A stretch of 36,586 nucleotides of DNA from Thermoplasmata archaeon HGW-Thermoplasmata-1 (lineage in GTDB: Archaea; Thermoplasmatota; E2; GCA-002838935): NCBI GenBank assembly GCA_002838935.1, contig PGXE01000007.1, positions 5,673 through 42,258 on the forward strand, written 5' to 3'. The position numbers and the translations under genes were made by a program. The number at the start of each line of letters is the position of its first letter. The stretch's first letter is position 1. The notes beneath the pieces are model-generated. The model had not been told where the DNA came from. It did no database searches and saw only the letters and a list, made by a program, of their open reading frames with translations. This document shows positions 8,774-18,100 of the stretch, in pieces.

Positions 8774-9844
8774 ATGGATTACAAAATAAAGTCGATCAGC
8801 CTGATTCTGACCATGCTTATTGCGGCAAGCGCGCTCTTTGCGTCCGCGGCAATTGCGGGAACTTCCGACGAGCCTGAGATAACCGACCCGAGCGGAGATG
8901 CCGTAATCGGGGAATTTCCTGCCGCGACTCCTGTCAATTCGGCCGATATAGTGGCCGCATGGATGAACGACGACGGCGAGAACCTGTCGACCACGATACA
9001 ACTTTTTGCAATGGATTCGGATCCGACGGCGCCCGAATTCTTTTTCCTTTTCGAATTGCTACACATACGGGTAATCGTTTATGAATTCCACTTCACGGTC
9101 GACGAAACCGCATGCTGGACGAGAGCGACCTACCAGCTATCCGAGCCGAGTCCGCCCGATGTACCTGGCTCTGCGTATACGTGGGAATCGTCTGCGGGAA
9201 CCGCGAACGGCGTAGTCGACGATGCCAACAACACCCTTACGATAATAGTGCCTCTCGAAGATTTGGGGGTGTCTGTTGGTGACATAGCAACAGAACTCTA
9301 CGTCACTTCCGCAGCATATCTCCTCATGACGGACCTGTCCCCAGTGGCCGAAGACCGTGCCCCGGACGCAGACTTCGGCGAGGATTATACGATCGGCGGC
9401 GCGGGCGGCGTGCCTACCCCCGAGATAACCCTCTCTTGCAGCAGCAAGAGCAAGAACGTTGCCCCCGGCGCAAATGTCACCTACGCAATGGTCATCTACA
9501 ACACGGGCGGCACCGAGCACGCCGTGACGCTTGCATACGCAGGCCTTCCGTCCGGCTGGACAGCCACCTTCGATGGCGGCAGCGCAACAGCCACGATAAC
9601 CGTGCCCGCGCAGGCCGGCTCGACGCCGGGCTACAAGACAGCGAACCTGACAGTCGGCGCGCCGGCAACGGCGGCCGTAGGCGAAGCGGCCGCAGTCAAC
9701 GTCACAGCGACATACGTCGTAAGTTCCGTTAGTCATTCGAGCAGCGCACTGCTCACCTCCAAGGTCGTAGCCGCAGGCGACGACACCCCGCCCGGCGACG
9801 ACCCGGCGACGACGATGATGACGGCGCCGGCGGAGAGGGCATAA
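8774..9844 (+). CDS. Secreted surface protein, N-terminal part (signal peptide, EPEITDPSGD domain, NEW3/Ig-like domain); frameshifted
   Basis: Signal peptide; RBS GAGGTG; VAPGANVTY...NTGG...LPSGWTATF motif. The last ~12 codons are out of frame because of an 11-bp duplication. Confidence 0.8.
   Translation: MDYKIKSISLILTMLIAASALFASAAIAGTSDEPEITDPSGDAVIGEFPAATPVNSADIVAAWMNDDGENLSTTIQLFAMDSDPTAPEFFFLFELLHIRVIVYEFHFTVDETACWTRATYQLSEPSPPDVPGSAYTWESSAGTANGVVDDANNTLTIIVPLEDLGVSVGDIATELYVTSAAYLLMTDLSPVAEDRAPDADFGEDYTIGGAGGVPTPEITLSCSSKSKNVAPGANVTYAMVIYNTGGTEHAVTLAYAGLPSGWTATFDGGSATATITVPAQAGSTPGYKTANLTVGAPATAAVGEAAAVNVTATYVVSSVSHSSSALLTSKVVAAGDDTPPGDDPATTMMTAPAERA
9791..9812 (+). repeat. 11-bp tandem duplication CCCGGCGACGA x2 causing the frameshift
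   Basis: Removing one copy fuses 8774.. and 9853.. in frame (PPGDDDDDGAGGEGITGKMNDF). Confidence 0.8.
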
Positions 9845-9852
9845 CCGGGAAG

Positions 9853-10602
9853 ATGAACGACTTTGCCGAGACGCTGGGGCTTGGCGGCGTTGCGGACCAA
9901 ATCGGCCTCGAACCGTGGATTCTCCTGCTCCTGCTTATATTGCTCATCGTAATCCTGCTGATAATAATCATAATATTACTTCTGAAGGGAAAGAAGGCGA
10001 TAAGGATATACGCCCTTGAAAAGCTGCACGAGGTCGACCCCGGCGAAATAGCCGAGTTCCAGATAACCGTGCAGAATCAGTGCAAGCAGAAGCCAAACGG
10101 CAAGAACCGCCTCATAATCGGACTCGAGAGAATTGGCGACCTCCCGTCCGGCTGGAAGGCCGAGATGAACAAGGGCTCCTTCGACCTCGACGGCGGTGAA
10201 TCCGGCGAACTGAAGCTGACTGTGAAAACCTCGCCTTCGGCTTCGATGGACGAGTGGGCGAACATAACCGTCAAGGCCACGCCGCAGGAGAAGCCGAAAA
10301 AGGCGGCGGCGGTCGCGACGATAACGATGATAAAGGAGCACAAACCTGATCTCGTCATAACGAACGTCACCCACGCGCCTGTTTCGTTCAAGGGAGGCGA
10401 CGTAGTCACCACTTCCGCCACGGTCGAGAACAACGGCGATGCGCCCGCGGAGAACATTGCGGTCGTGTTCTACGTGGACGGCGAGGAGCGCGGACGCCTC
10501 GGCAACCTCAATCTCGTTCCCGGAGCGAAGGCGAAAGTCAAGTTCCCGTGGAAGGCGGGCGAAGGGGAGAACCACATCAACATGAAAGTAGAGGGCGTGT
10601 GA
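9853..10602 (+). CDS. C-terminal part of the same protein: TM helix, NEW3-like domain and CARDB domain
   Basis: Long Leu/Ile TM helix followed by KGKK; LPSGWKA; PDLVITNV...V.N.G...A....V.FYVDG...W.A.EG (CARDB). Confidence 0.8.
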   Translation: MNDFAETLGLGGVADQIGLEPWILLLLLILLIVILLIIIIILLLKGKKAIRIYALEKLHEVDPGEIAEFQITVQNQCKQKPNGKNRLIIGLERIGDLPSGWKAEMNKGSFDLDGGESGELKLTVKTSPSASMDEWANITVKATPQEKPKKAAAVATITMIKEHKPDLVITNVTHAPVSFKGGDVVTTSATVENNGDAPAENIAVVFYVDGEERGRLGNLNLVPGAKAKVKFPWKAGEGENHINMKVEGV

Positions 10603-10710
10603 AAAAGTCGCCATCAGGCGATTTTTAAACAAGCCGAACATCAGTGAGGACGCGTGAAAAAGTCGCCATCAGGCGATTTTTAAACAAGCCGAACATCAGT
10701 GAGGACGCGT
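10599..10710. repeat. Perfect 55-bp tandem duplication containing a hairpin
   Basis: GTGAAAAAGTCGCCATCAGGCGATTTTTAAACAAGCCGAACATCAGTGAGGACGC at 10599 and 10654; hairpin AAAAAGTCGCC-ATCA-GGCGATTTTT. Confidence 0.9.
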
Positions 10711-10872
10711 AATCCTAAAAACCCATTTTTCAAAATCCCCACTTTCCCGCAACACTCTTTTGATTTTTTCACATCCTTTTTCGATTTTCCTCATCCTTAT
10801 GGCATTTTCACCCTCAAAACGTTTTTTAACCAAAACTCAATGCTGAATCATCAAAACTAAGCTGGTTTGACA

Positions 10873-11757
10873 ATGAAGACGACTGACGGGCAGCAAAGGG
10901 AAGGGCTGCGGGACGAACTGCGCAACTGCGAGTCGAAACACAGGATGTTGATAGAGCGGCGCAACGAGCTAAACGAGCAGGCGAAGGTCACTAGGGAAGA
11001 GCGCGACATGCTCAATACGAGCAGAAAGGAGCTCGTCGGGAAGATGAACGCGTTGCGCGACGCCCGCACCGCGGCGGTTGCCCGGATGAAGCTTCACCGC
11101 GATGCGAGAAACGAGTACCAGAAGCAGGCAAAATCGCTGATAGAGGCGCAGAAAAAGAAGAAGGGGGGTATCGAGGGGTCGCTGCCCATGCGCGCAAACG
11201 AACTGAAAGCCGAGATACAGACACTCGAGCACAGGCAGGAAACCGTTCCGATGTCGGGCGCAAAGGAGAACGAATTAATAGACGACATCAGGGCAAAGCG
11301 CGCCGATTACGAGCGCATCTCGAAGGAGATTGGCAAGCAGAAGCTCCTGAAAGTCGACCTCTCCGACACCCACAAGGCGATAGACGAGCTTTTCAAGCAC
11401 GCGGACGACGAGCATATCCTCGTGCAGAAATACTACGCAGAGTCGCAGGCCGCGCACGAGGAGTACGTGAAACTAGCATCCGATATATCGGTGCTTATCT
11501 CCGAAGCGAACAAGAAGCACGAGGAGTACGTCGAACTGAAGGCGCGCGCGGACGAGCACCACGTAAAGGCGCAGGAGATGCGCGCCAAGGTCATGGAGAT
11601 GAAGAAGGAGCAGTTCGACGAGCGAAAGGCGGCAAGGCAGGCGATAAGCGATGTCAACGTGGCCGCAAGGAAGGCGCTCGCGGACGAGTCGGTTCTCGAC
11701 AACGTCGCGGATTCGGCCCTCGACGCGCTGAAGAAGGGGAACAGGATATCGCTGTAA
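10873..11757 (+). CDS. Archaeal coiled-coil protein (COG1340-like)
   Basis: Heptad E/K/R-rich sequence; RNELN...REERD.LN, LE..QET..MS..KENELI, AD..H and LKKG.RISL patterns. Confidence 0.8.
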   Translation: MKTTDGQQREGLRDELRNCESKHRMLIERRNELNEQAKVTREERDMLNTSRKELVGKMNALRDARTAAVARMKLHRDARNEYQKQAKSLIEAQKKKKGGIEGSLPMRANELKAEIQTLEHRQETVPMSGAKENELIDDIRAKRADYERISKEIGKQKLLKVDLSDTHKAIDELFKHADDEHILVQKYYAESQAAHEEYVKLASDISVLISEANKKHEEYVELKARADEHHVKAQEMRAKVMEMKKEQFDERKAARQAISDVNVAARKALADESVLDNVADSALDALKKGNRISL

Positions 11758-11807
11758 TCCTCAATCCAAACCACCTCTCTTTTTAAAAGAGCATATCTCC
11801 ACAATCC

Positions 11808-11897
11808 CGTATCTTCAGAATCTCTCGCAAAAATCTCGTATCTTCAGAATCTCTCGCAAAAATCTCCGTATCTTCAGAATCTCTCGCAAAAATCTCG
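11808..11897. repeat. 29-30 bp tandem repeat x3
   Basis: CGTATCTTCAGAATCTCTCGCAAAAATCT at 11808, 11837 and 11867. Confidence 0.9.
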
Positions 11898-11931
11898 CCG
11901 CTTCGTTCTTCTCGAAAAACAGCCGCATCAC

Positions 11932-11940
11932 TTTTAAATA
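11932..11940 (+). promoter_or_regulatory. TATA box candidate for the PGF-CTERM gene
   Basis: TTTTAAATA about 35 nt upstream of ATG 11974; RBS GGTGA at 11965. Confidence 0.5.
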
Positions 11941-11973
11941 CCCCCTTGACAATATTTCATTAATGGTGAACGT

Positions 11974-14202
11974 ATGAAAAACGTCTATTTCGTAGTTCTG
12001 ATAGCAAGCGCGTTACTGTTGCCGATGATAATGCCGACTGTTCCGGCAGCCGCCGGAGACCCCAAGGTCTGGGATACAGGCTCGATAAACGACCTTGCGA
12101 TGTCGGGCAACGGCAAGTTCCTCGTGGCAGGGTGCGCGGACAAGCAGGTTTACGCGATCAACTGGAACAGCGATTCCGTCGAATCCTACGATACTGCGAC
12201 CGGTCCTCTTCGCACCGACGGAGGCGCGATAAACGCGGTCGACGTTTCAGACGAGGTTGAAACAGGCGAATATTATGCTGCGGCCGCATGCCAGGACAAT
12301 TCGGTCTATTTCCTCAAGAGGACGAGCGCCGCGTGGATTGGAAGTATCGATTTAAGCAGGCCGGTTTCGACAGTCGCCATATCGGATAACGGCATGTACG
12401 CGGTCGCCGGCACTGCCGTCGAAACATGGCGCACCGAGAACGCGAAGATACACCTGATGACGAGAAGCGGCGATGTGGTCACAGAGACAAAGGGCACTTC
12501 CAACCCGTGGCCGTTCACGGTTAAAGGAAAATCCTCGGTGGAGCCAACCAGGAACATAAAAGCCATTGAACTGTCGGGCGACGGAAAATACATGGTCGCC
12601 GCGGCAGGCGGCTACGCCTACCAGTTCGAGAGAAGCGTTGGCGAGCAGTGGAACAGGTCGTTCACAAGCGACGTCACCGACGTCGCAATATCAAATGACG
12701 GCGGATATTATGCCGTTTCGACAGGTAACTTTATTCACGGCTTTGTAAGGGCGACTCGGCAGGGCTGGGCGTATAACGCGGGCGCAAGCGTAAGCAAGAT
12801 CGCGATATCCGGCGACGGCAAACTGATAGCCGCCACCGCCGGATCAAAACTCGTCGTTCTCGCATTCAACGCATCCGCAGCGCAGCCTCTCTCGCTAAAA
12901 TGGAGCTTCTCGGCGCCAAACGCGCTTAGCAGCCTTGCCATTTCGAAGGATGGCAACTACGTATCGGTTTCAAGCGGCAACAACGCATATTACTTCCATA
13001 CGAGTTCGAACACTCCCATCCGGAACTACGCGGGCGGCATGAGCGCGGTCTGCGTGGACGACAAGGGCGCATATCACGCGACCGGAGGCTCAAGCAAGGT
13101 CTATCTCATGGAGCCGGTCTACGGAATAGAGATATCGTCGCAGTCGCACACGGCATCGCTTTTGCCTGGCGCGAACAGGACATTCCAACTGACCGTAACC
13201 AACAAAGGCAACCGCTACGACCCGGTTTCGCTTTCGCACGCAGGCACCTACATAGCGTGGGGCGCGTTCGACACTTCGCCCTTAACGATTTCCCCCGAAA
13301 ATTCGGCGCTGTTCAACTACACGGTCGCGGTCCCCGACAAGAACTCGCTAGGGGATTACGGCGCGGCAAAGGCGGGCACGATAGCCCTGATACCGGTTAA
13401 GGCGACCTCCGGCCTCTCTTCGGCTGTGCACGGCTCACTCGACCTCGAAGTGAGCGTCCTGCAGAGATACAGCGCCTCGGTGCAGCCTGCGAGGGTTGCG
13501 GCTTCCGCCGATGCGGGGAGCGGCGCCACCCTCTCGTTTACGATACTGAATTCTGGCAACGGCGGCGATAAGATAAAGCTCTCCGTAAGCGAGACCACCT
13601 CGACAGGATGGCCATATACGCTTGGCGCAAGCACGCTCGAACTCGGATCCAACAGGTATCAGGAGGTCACGCTCACGGTCACGCCGCCGGCAAACGCTCT
13701 TGACGGTTCGCAGGCAGAGTTTCGGATAAGCGCAAAACCGCAGAACGGCGCCGGAGCCGCAGCAATCGCGGAAGGAGCGGTCGCGGTCAATCCGGTTTAC
13801 GGCGTAAAACTCGAAGGCGAGAGCGCCATCAGCGTGAAGGAAGCGTCTGCCGTGCAGCACTCGTTTAGCGTGAAGAACACGGGCAACCTCGATAGTACAT
13901 ACCTGCTTTCGGTATCTACCTCGGCGAGCGGCTGGGAATATCATCTGTCCGAGGAATCGCTCGAAGTTTCGGCAGGTGCGGCAAGAACGGTCACCCTGAC
14001 GGTCGTGCCGCCGGAGGGCGCCAAAGCAGGCGCCAAGGCGACTTTTACCATATCTGTTGTTGCAGAGGACAGCAGCGCGACATCTTCGACGCTCGCAGTC
14101 AGCGCGGTAGTGGAAAAGGTCGGCGGGATACCGGGTTTTGAAGTCGCATTCGCGATTCTCGGCGGGCTTTTCGTGGCGATTGCCACAAGAAGGAAGCGCT
14201 AA
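11974..14202 (+). CDS. Secreted WD40-like beta-propeller plus three NEW3/Ig-like domains with a PGF-CTERM sorting signal
   Basis: Signal peptide; repeated (V/I)AIS.DG.Y blades; N.GN..D motifs; C-terminus IPGFEVAFAILGGLFVAIATRRKR. Confidence 0.88.
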   Translation: MKNVYFVVLIASALLLPMIMPTVPAAAGDPKVWDTGSINDLAMSGNGKFLVAGCADKQVYAINWNSDSVESYDTATGPLRTDGGAINAVDVSDEVETGEYYAAAACQDNSVYFLKRTSAAWIGSIDLSRPVSTVAISDNGMYAVAGTAVETWRTENAKIHLMTRSGDVVTETKGTSNPWPFTVKGKSSVEPTRNIKAIELSGDGKYMVAAAGGYAYQFERSVGEQWNRSFTSDVTDVAISNDGGYYAVSTGNFIHGFVRATRQGWAYNAGASVSKIAISGDGKLIAATAGSKLVVLAFNASAAQPLSLKWSFSAPNALSSLAISKDGNYVSVSSGNNAYYFHTSSNTPIRNYAGGMSAVCVDDKGAYHATGGSSKVYLMEPVYGIEISSQSHTASLLPGANRTFQLTVTNKGNRYDPVSLSHAGTYIAWGAFDTSPLTISPENSALFNYTVAVPDKNSLGDYGAAKAGTIALIPVKATSGLSSAVHGSLDLEVSVLQRYSASVQPARVAASADAGSGATLSFTILNSGNGGDKIKLSVSETTSTGWPYTLGASTLELGSNRYQEVTLTVTPPANALDGSQAEFRISAKPQNGAGAAAIAEGAVAVNPVYGVKLEGESAISVKEASAVQHSFSVKNTGNLDSTYLLSVSTSASGWEYHLSEESLEVSAGAARTVTLTVVPPEGAKAGAKATFTISVVAEDSSATSSTLAVSAVVEKVGGIPGFEVAFAILGGLFVAIATRRKR

Positions 14203-14224
14203 ACGTCCGTAACTAAAACAGAGG

Positions 14225-14662
14225 ATGAATATTATGACCGGACTAACCCCTTCGCAGGATGCGCAACAGAAACCTGCCGTTAAGACAAGCATATCAGAGA
14301 TAAGAAAGATGAACTTGAAAGGGATCTCAGAAAAGAAAGACCCCCAAATATACATCGACCATATATTCGAAACGGCTGATGAAATCGACGAGCTCATCGG
14401 GGAAATGGGTTTCGAAGAGTTTCTGAAAGATATCGCAGTCAAAAAGGCGGTCGTGTGCAACCTCATGATCATAGGTGAAGCCGCGGGGTGTATAGACCAA
14501 GAAACGAGAGCGAAATACCATGATGTCAAATGGAGCAAGATCGTGGGAATGAGGAACAAGCTCATCCACGAATATTTCGGAATAGATTATGAGGCTGTTT
14601 GGGGCGCCGTGCGTACGCATCTTCCGGAACTAAAACAGCAATTGAAAAAAACGAGGCGATAG
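14225..14662 (+). CDS. HepT/DUF86 HEPN ribonuclease toxin
   Basis: IIGEAA and W.KI.GMRNKLIHEYFGID (RX4HXY) motifs. The true start may be 14234 or 14309. Confidence 0.9.
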   Translation: MNIMTGLTPSQDAQQKPAVKTSISEIRKMNLKGISEKKDPQIYIDHIFETADEIDELIGEMGFEEFLKDIAVKKAVVCNLMIIGEAAGCIDQETRAKYHDVKWSKIVGMRNKLIHEYFGIDYEAVWGAVRTHLPELKQQLKKTRR

Positions 14663-14663
14663 T

Positions 14664-14966
14664 ATGAAACCCCGCTACGCAGATATAGATGTCGACGCGC
14701 TCGTCAAAGAGTGCGTAAAACACAACATAAGATTCATGGGTATCTTCGGCTCATATGCCAGAGGGGAACAGAAGAAAGGCAGCGACATGGACATCTTGGT
14801 TGAATTCTCTGACAAGAAGAGTCTTTTCGATTTGATGGATATCGAAGAAGAGCTTACGGAGATTCTTGGCATGCCTGTTGACATTGTCACGAAAAATGCG
14901 CTGCACCCCAAAATACGGGATAACATACTAAAAGAACTCCGGGTGATTTTCCAGCAATCGGCGTAA
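14664..14966 (+). CDS. Minimal nucleotidyltransferase (MntA-type antitoxin)
   Basis: IFGSYARGEQKKGSDMDILVEF (GSX10DXD) and VDIVT motifs. Confidence 0.92.
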   Translation: MKPRYADIDVDALVKECVKHNIRFMGIFGSYARGEQKKGSDMDILVEFSDKKSLFDLMDIEEELTEILGMPVDIVTKNALHPKIRDNILKELRVIFQQSA

Positions 14967-15152
14967 TGAAAGGAAGTAATTCAGCCGGCGTGTCGAACGT
15001 TTTCGTTTCTCTGTCACGGGCAACGCACTCTTTTCACTTTTTTGCACCACAATTCTTTTATTCTAGAAACGAACTCCCCCTACCAGAAAGAGCGTATGCC
15101 ATCGGGCATACCATAATGATAAAGATAACGAAAAACAGAGGAGTTGAAAAAT

Positions 15153-18100
15153 ATGACAAAAACAGGCAATTTCAACATGCCAAGGATGCTGGCCGTAATG
15201 CTGAGCGTCATGTTCCTTGTTCCGGCAGGAATGATTTTTTCAGGAAATAACGCAGAGGCGGCATCCCAAAGCTTTCCCGGCGTCCAGAGAACGCAGGTGG
15301 ATACCCTGAATTTCTGGTTCCATTACAATTACAACATGGATTTTTCAGAATCCACTGCCGAGGACCCAACGATAGAACCCGCCTTCGATGTGGACGACAG
15401 CGGTCCTTATACGCTGCCGATAGGTTTTGTCTATGATCCTACCTCTCCGTATACGGGGGATGCCCTCAAAAGCGACCTTGCAGTGAGAAACTACGCGGAC
15501 GGCACATCCGGTAAGGTAATCATCTACGTCGCCTCGCCCGGAAATGTCTTGGTGGATGTCACTGTGACAGCGAAGCTTTACAAGGGTACGAATAGCGCGG
15601 GAGAATTGATGCTCGAAGGCGAAAAAACGGAAGAATCTTTAGTGGGGGAAGATATGACGTTCACAATACCCCTCTCTTTGCCCGAGTCGAAGAATGAATG
15701 TGTATTTAGCCAGGGCGAGATGATATACGTTAAGATCGAGGCCGCACCCTCAGACCTAGCTGATCCCATTTTCCTCTACGACAGTGTGGACTACCCGGCA
15801 TATATGAGCCTCTTCTGCGAGAGCATCAAGACCGCTTTGGACACATACGACTACGAAAACAACGAAAAAGCAATATTTGATCCCCTTGCCGAGGACGACG
15901 ACAACCGCACCGTGAACTTCAAGTATTATCTCACCAACGCTTTTGGAACCGGGTACAGCAGCACGCCGCGCGTTACGCTTACAGCACCGGACGGAACTGT
16001 CCTGTGCTATGACTATGCGACGCCGAACAACATAAATTCAGCTACGAAGCTCTATAACTATTCGTGGACGTATCCCGAGAATGCAGCCACCGGAGATTAC
16101 ACGGTGACGTTTTACGGCAAGTCCAACGGGGGTAACGCGCTGCCTTACCGCGACAACCTGAAATTCAGGATGGGCGACTTCGACTATAAATTCACGGCTT
16201 ACGCAAACGACGTCACCCATTACGTTCGGGCAGGGGAATGGACTTCGTTTCTCATGAGAATAGAGAACACGGGCGCAACGACCGACACCTTCACTTTCGC
16301 AAACTCGGAGCCTGCATCGGGCTGGACCGCCGAAGCGCCCGCAGGCGTGAAGGTTGCGCCGGGCGGGCACGCGAACGTCTATTTCAAGATGAAGTCTCCC
16401 GACTCCGCGGCCGTGGGCGCGCTCTCGTCGCTGAGGCTTACAGCCACAAGCACCGGCGGCAAGGTTTCGCAAGACGTTGACGTAATCACGATAGTTACCG
16501 ACAACACGATATACGGCGTAAAGCTCACCACGCCAACGCCCGAAATAAAGATGAAGTACAACACGACCGAAACGGTCGAGGTGATGGTGAAGAACCTCGG
16601 GACGCTGTCGGATACCTTCGGCCTTTCCTACGCGGTTTCGTCCGGCTGGACCGACGGCGAAGGAAACGCGCTTGACACCGATAAGTGGAATGTGGAGCTT
16701 CTGCCACCCACAATAGATAATCTATATGGTTCGAGCACCGAAATTTCCCTGCTCAAAGTGACAACTCCAGAAGACGCGCAGATAGGCCAGTATATCAATG
16801 TAGACATAACAGGCAAGTCCTTCAACTCGCCGACGAAGACGCATACCCTGCGTGTCAAGGTGGCGATAGGCGGGTTCTACGGGTTTGAGGTAGATATATT
16901 GGGTGATGCAAAAACGCATAATCTTGGAGGATATGGTGAAGATGAATGGCTGGTGGGTGTCTTGGGGGGCGGAGTCTTCAGCACGGTCTATACCCGTGCC
17001 GGCTATAACTATTTCACGATAATGATTCATAATACAGGCGACGAGGATACATATATGCTCTCACACTGGACGCAGACCCGCAGCGCAGCGTGGGGATACT
17101 GTCTTGAAGACCGCGACGGGAATGAGATAAGCAGCATAACTGTCCCTGCCGGAGGCTATGGCGAGTTTAGATTGAGAACATCATACACTTCGTATCCCAC
17201 GAGCGGGACGTATGATAAATATTCCACTTATCACGTAGGGATAATGTCTCAGGCCAATCCCATAAAATATGTAACTGTGTCTGACCTTAAAACTGATGCC
17301 AACGATGGATATTCAGGCATTGAGAAATATAAAATATCTCTCGATGCGATAGAGATAACCGATCATGCTAATCATACTCTTGGATTGGCGGACATGGAGA
17401 AAACCCTAGTTCCGGGGGGGAATGTCAGTTACAAATTCAGAGTCACCAATACGGGCAACTTTGGTGACAACGCTTATTTGAGCAGTAGCCTTTCTTCTAA
17501 GCAAAAGCAAGATGGATGGAAGGTAGAGATGTTCGATGAGGCTGGCGATATAATTGGGGAAGATGGATACATCGCTCTTGGAACCGTTAATGCTGGCGCC
17601 TATACTGGAACCGGCCCCGGACTCGATGCTGAAATCGTTGTCAACGTCACTGCTCCCACAACCGCACAAGCCGGCGTATACCTCGACCTGACGGTTACGG
17701 CGGTCAGCAAGGGCGATGCCAGCAAATTCGACCAGATATCGTTCCTGACGACGATTGCGGAGACGAAAGCCGTCGATCTTTCAGTGTTGCCAGAAAGTGT
17801 GGCGATTCATCCCGGAAAGACGGCTAATTACCTCGTGACCGTCCACAACAGCGGAAGCACCTACGACGAGTTCGCGCTGTCCGCCGCCCTCGACAGCGCC
17901 TCGGTTGCGAAGGGTTGGGCCGCCTCGTTCTCGCAGGGCACGGTAGGCGTTCCCGCAGGCAGGAGCTACGGCACCGTGCTTTCGGTCAAGGCGCCGTCGA
18001 ATGCCGCGAGCGGCGAAACCTGCACGATTAACGTAACTGCGTTCAACAAGAACGATGCTAAAGTCAACAAAAGCATAGTCGTCGAAGCCAGGGTCGAGAG

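Noticed and set aside
11808..11897. CRISPR repeats
   Set aside because: The copies are contiguous, with no spacers.
14966..15250. 94-aa ORF after mntA
   Set aside because: It spans the T-rich terminator and promoter region, overlaps the next gene's start and shows no recognisable motif.
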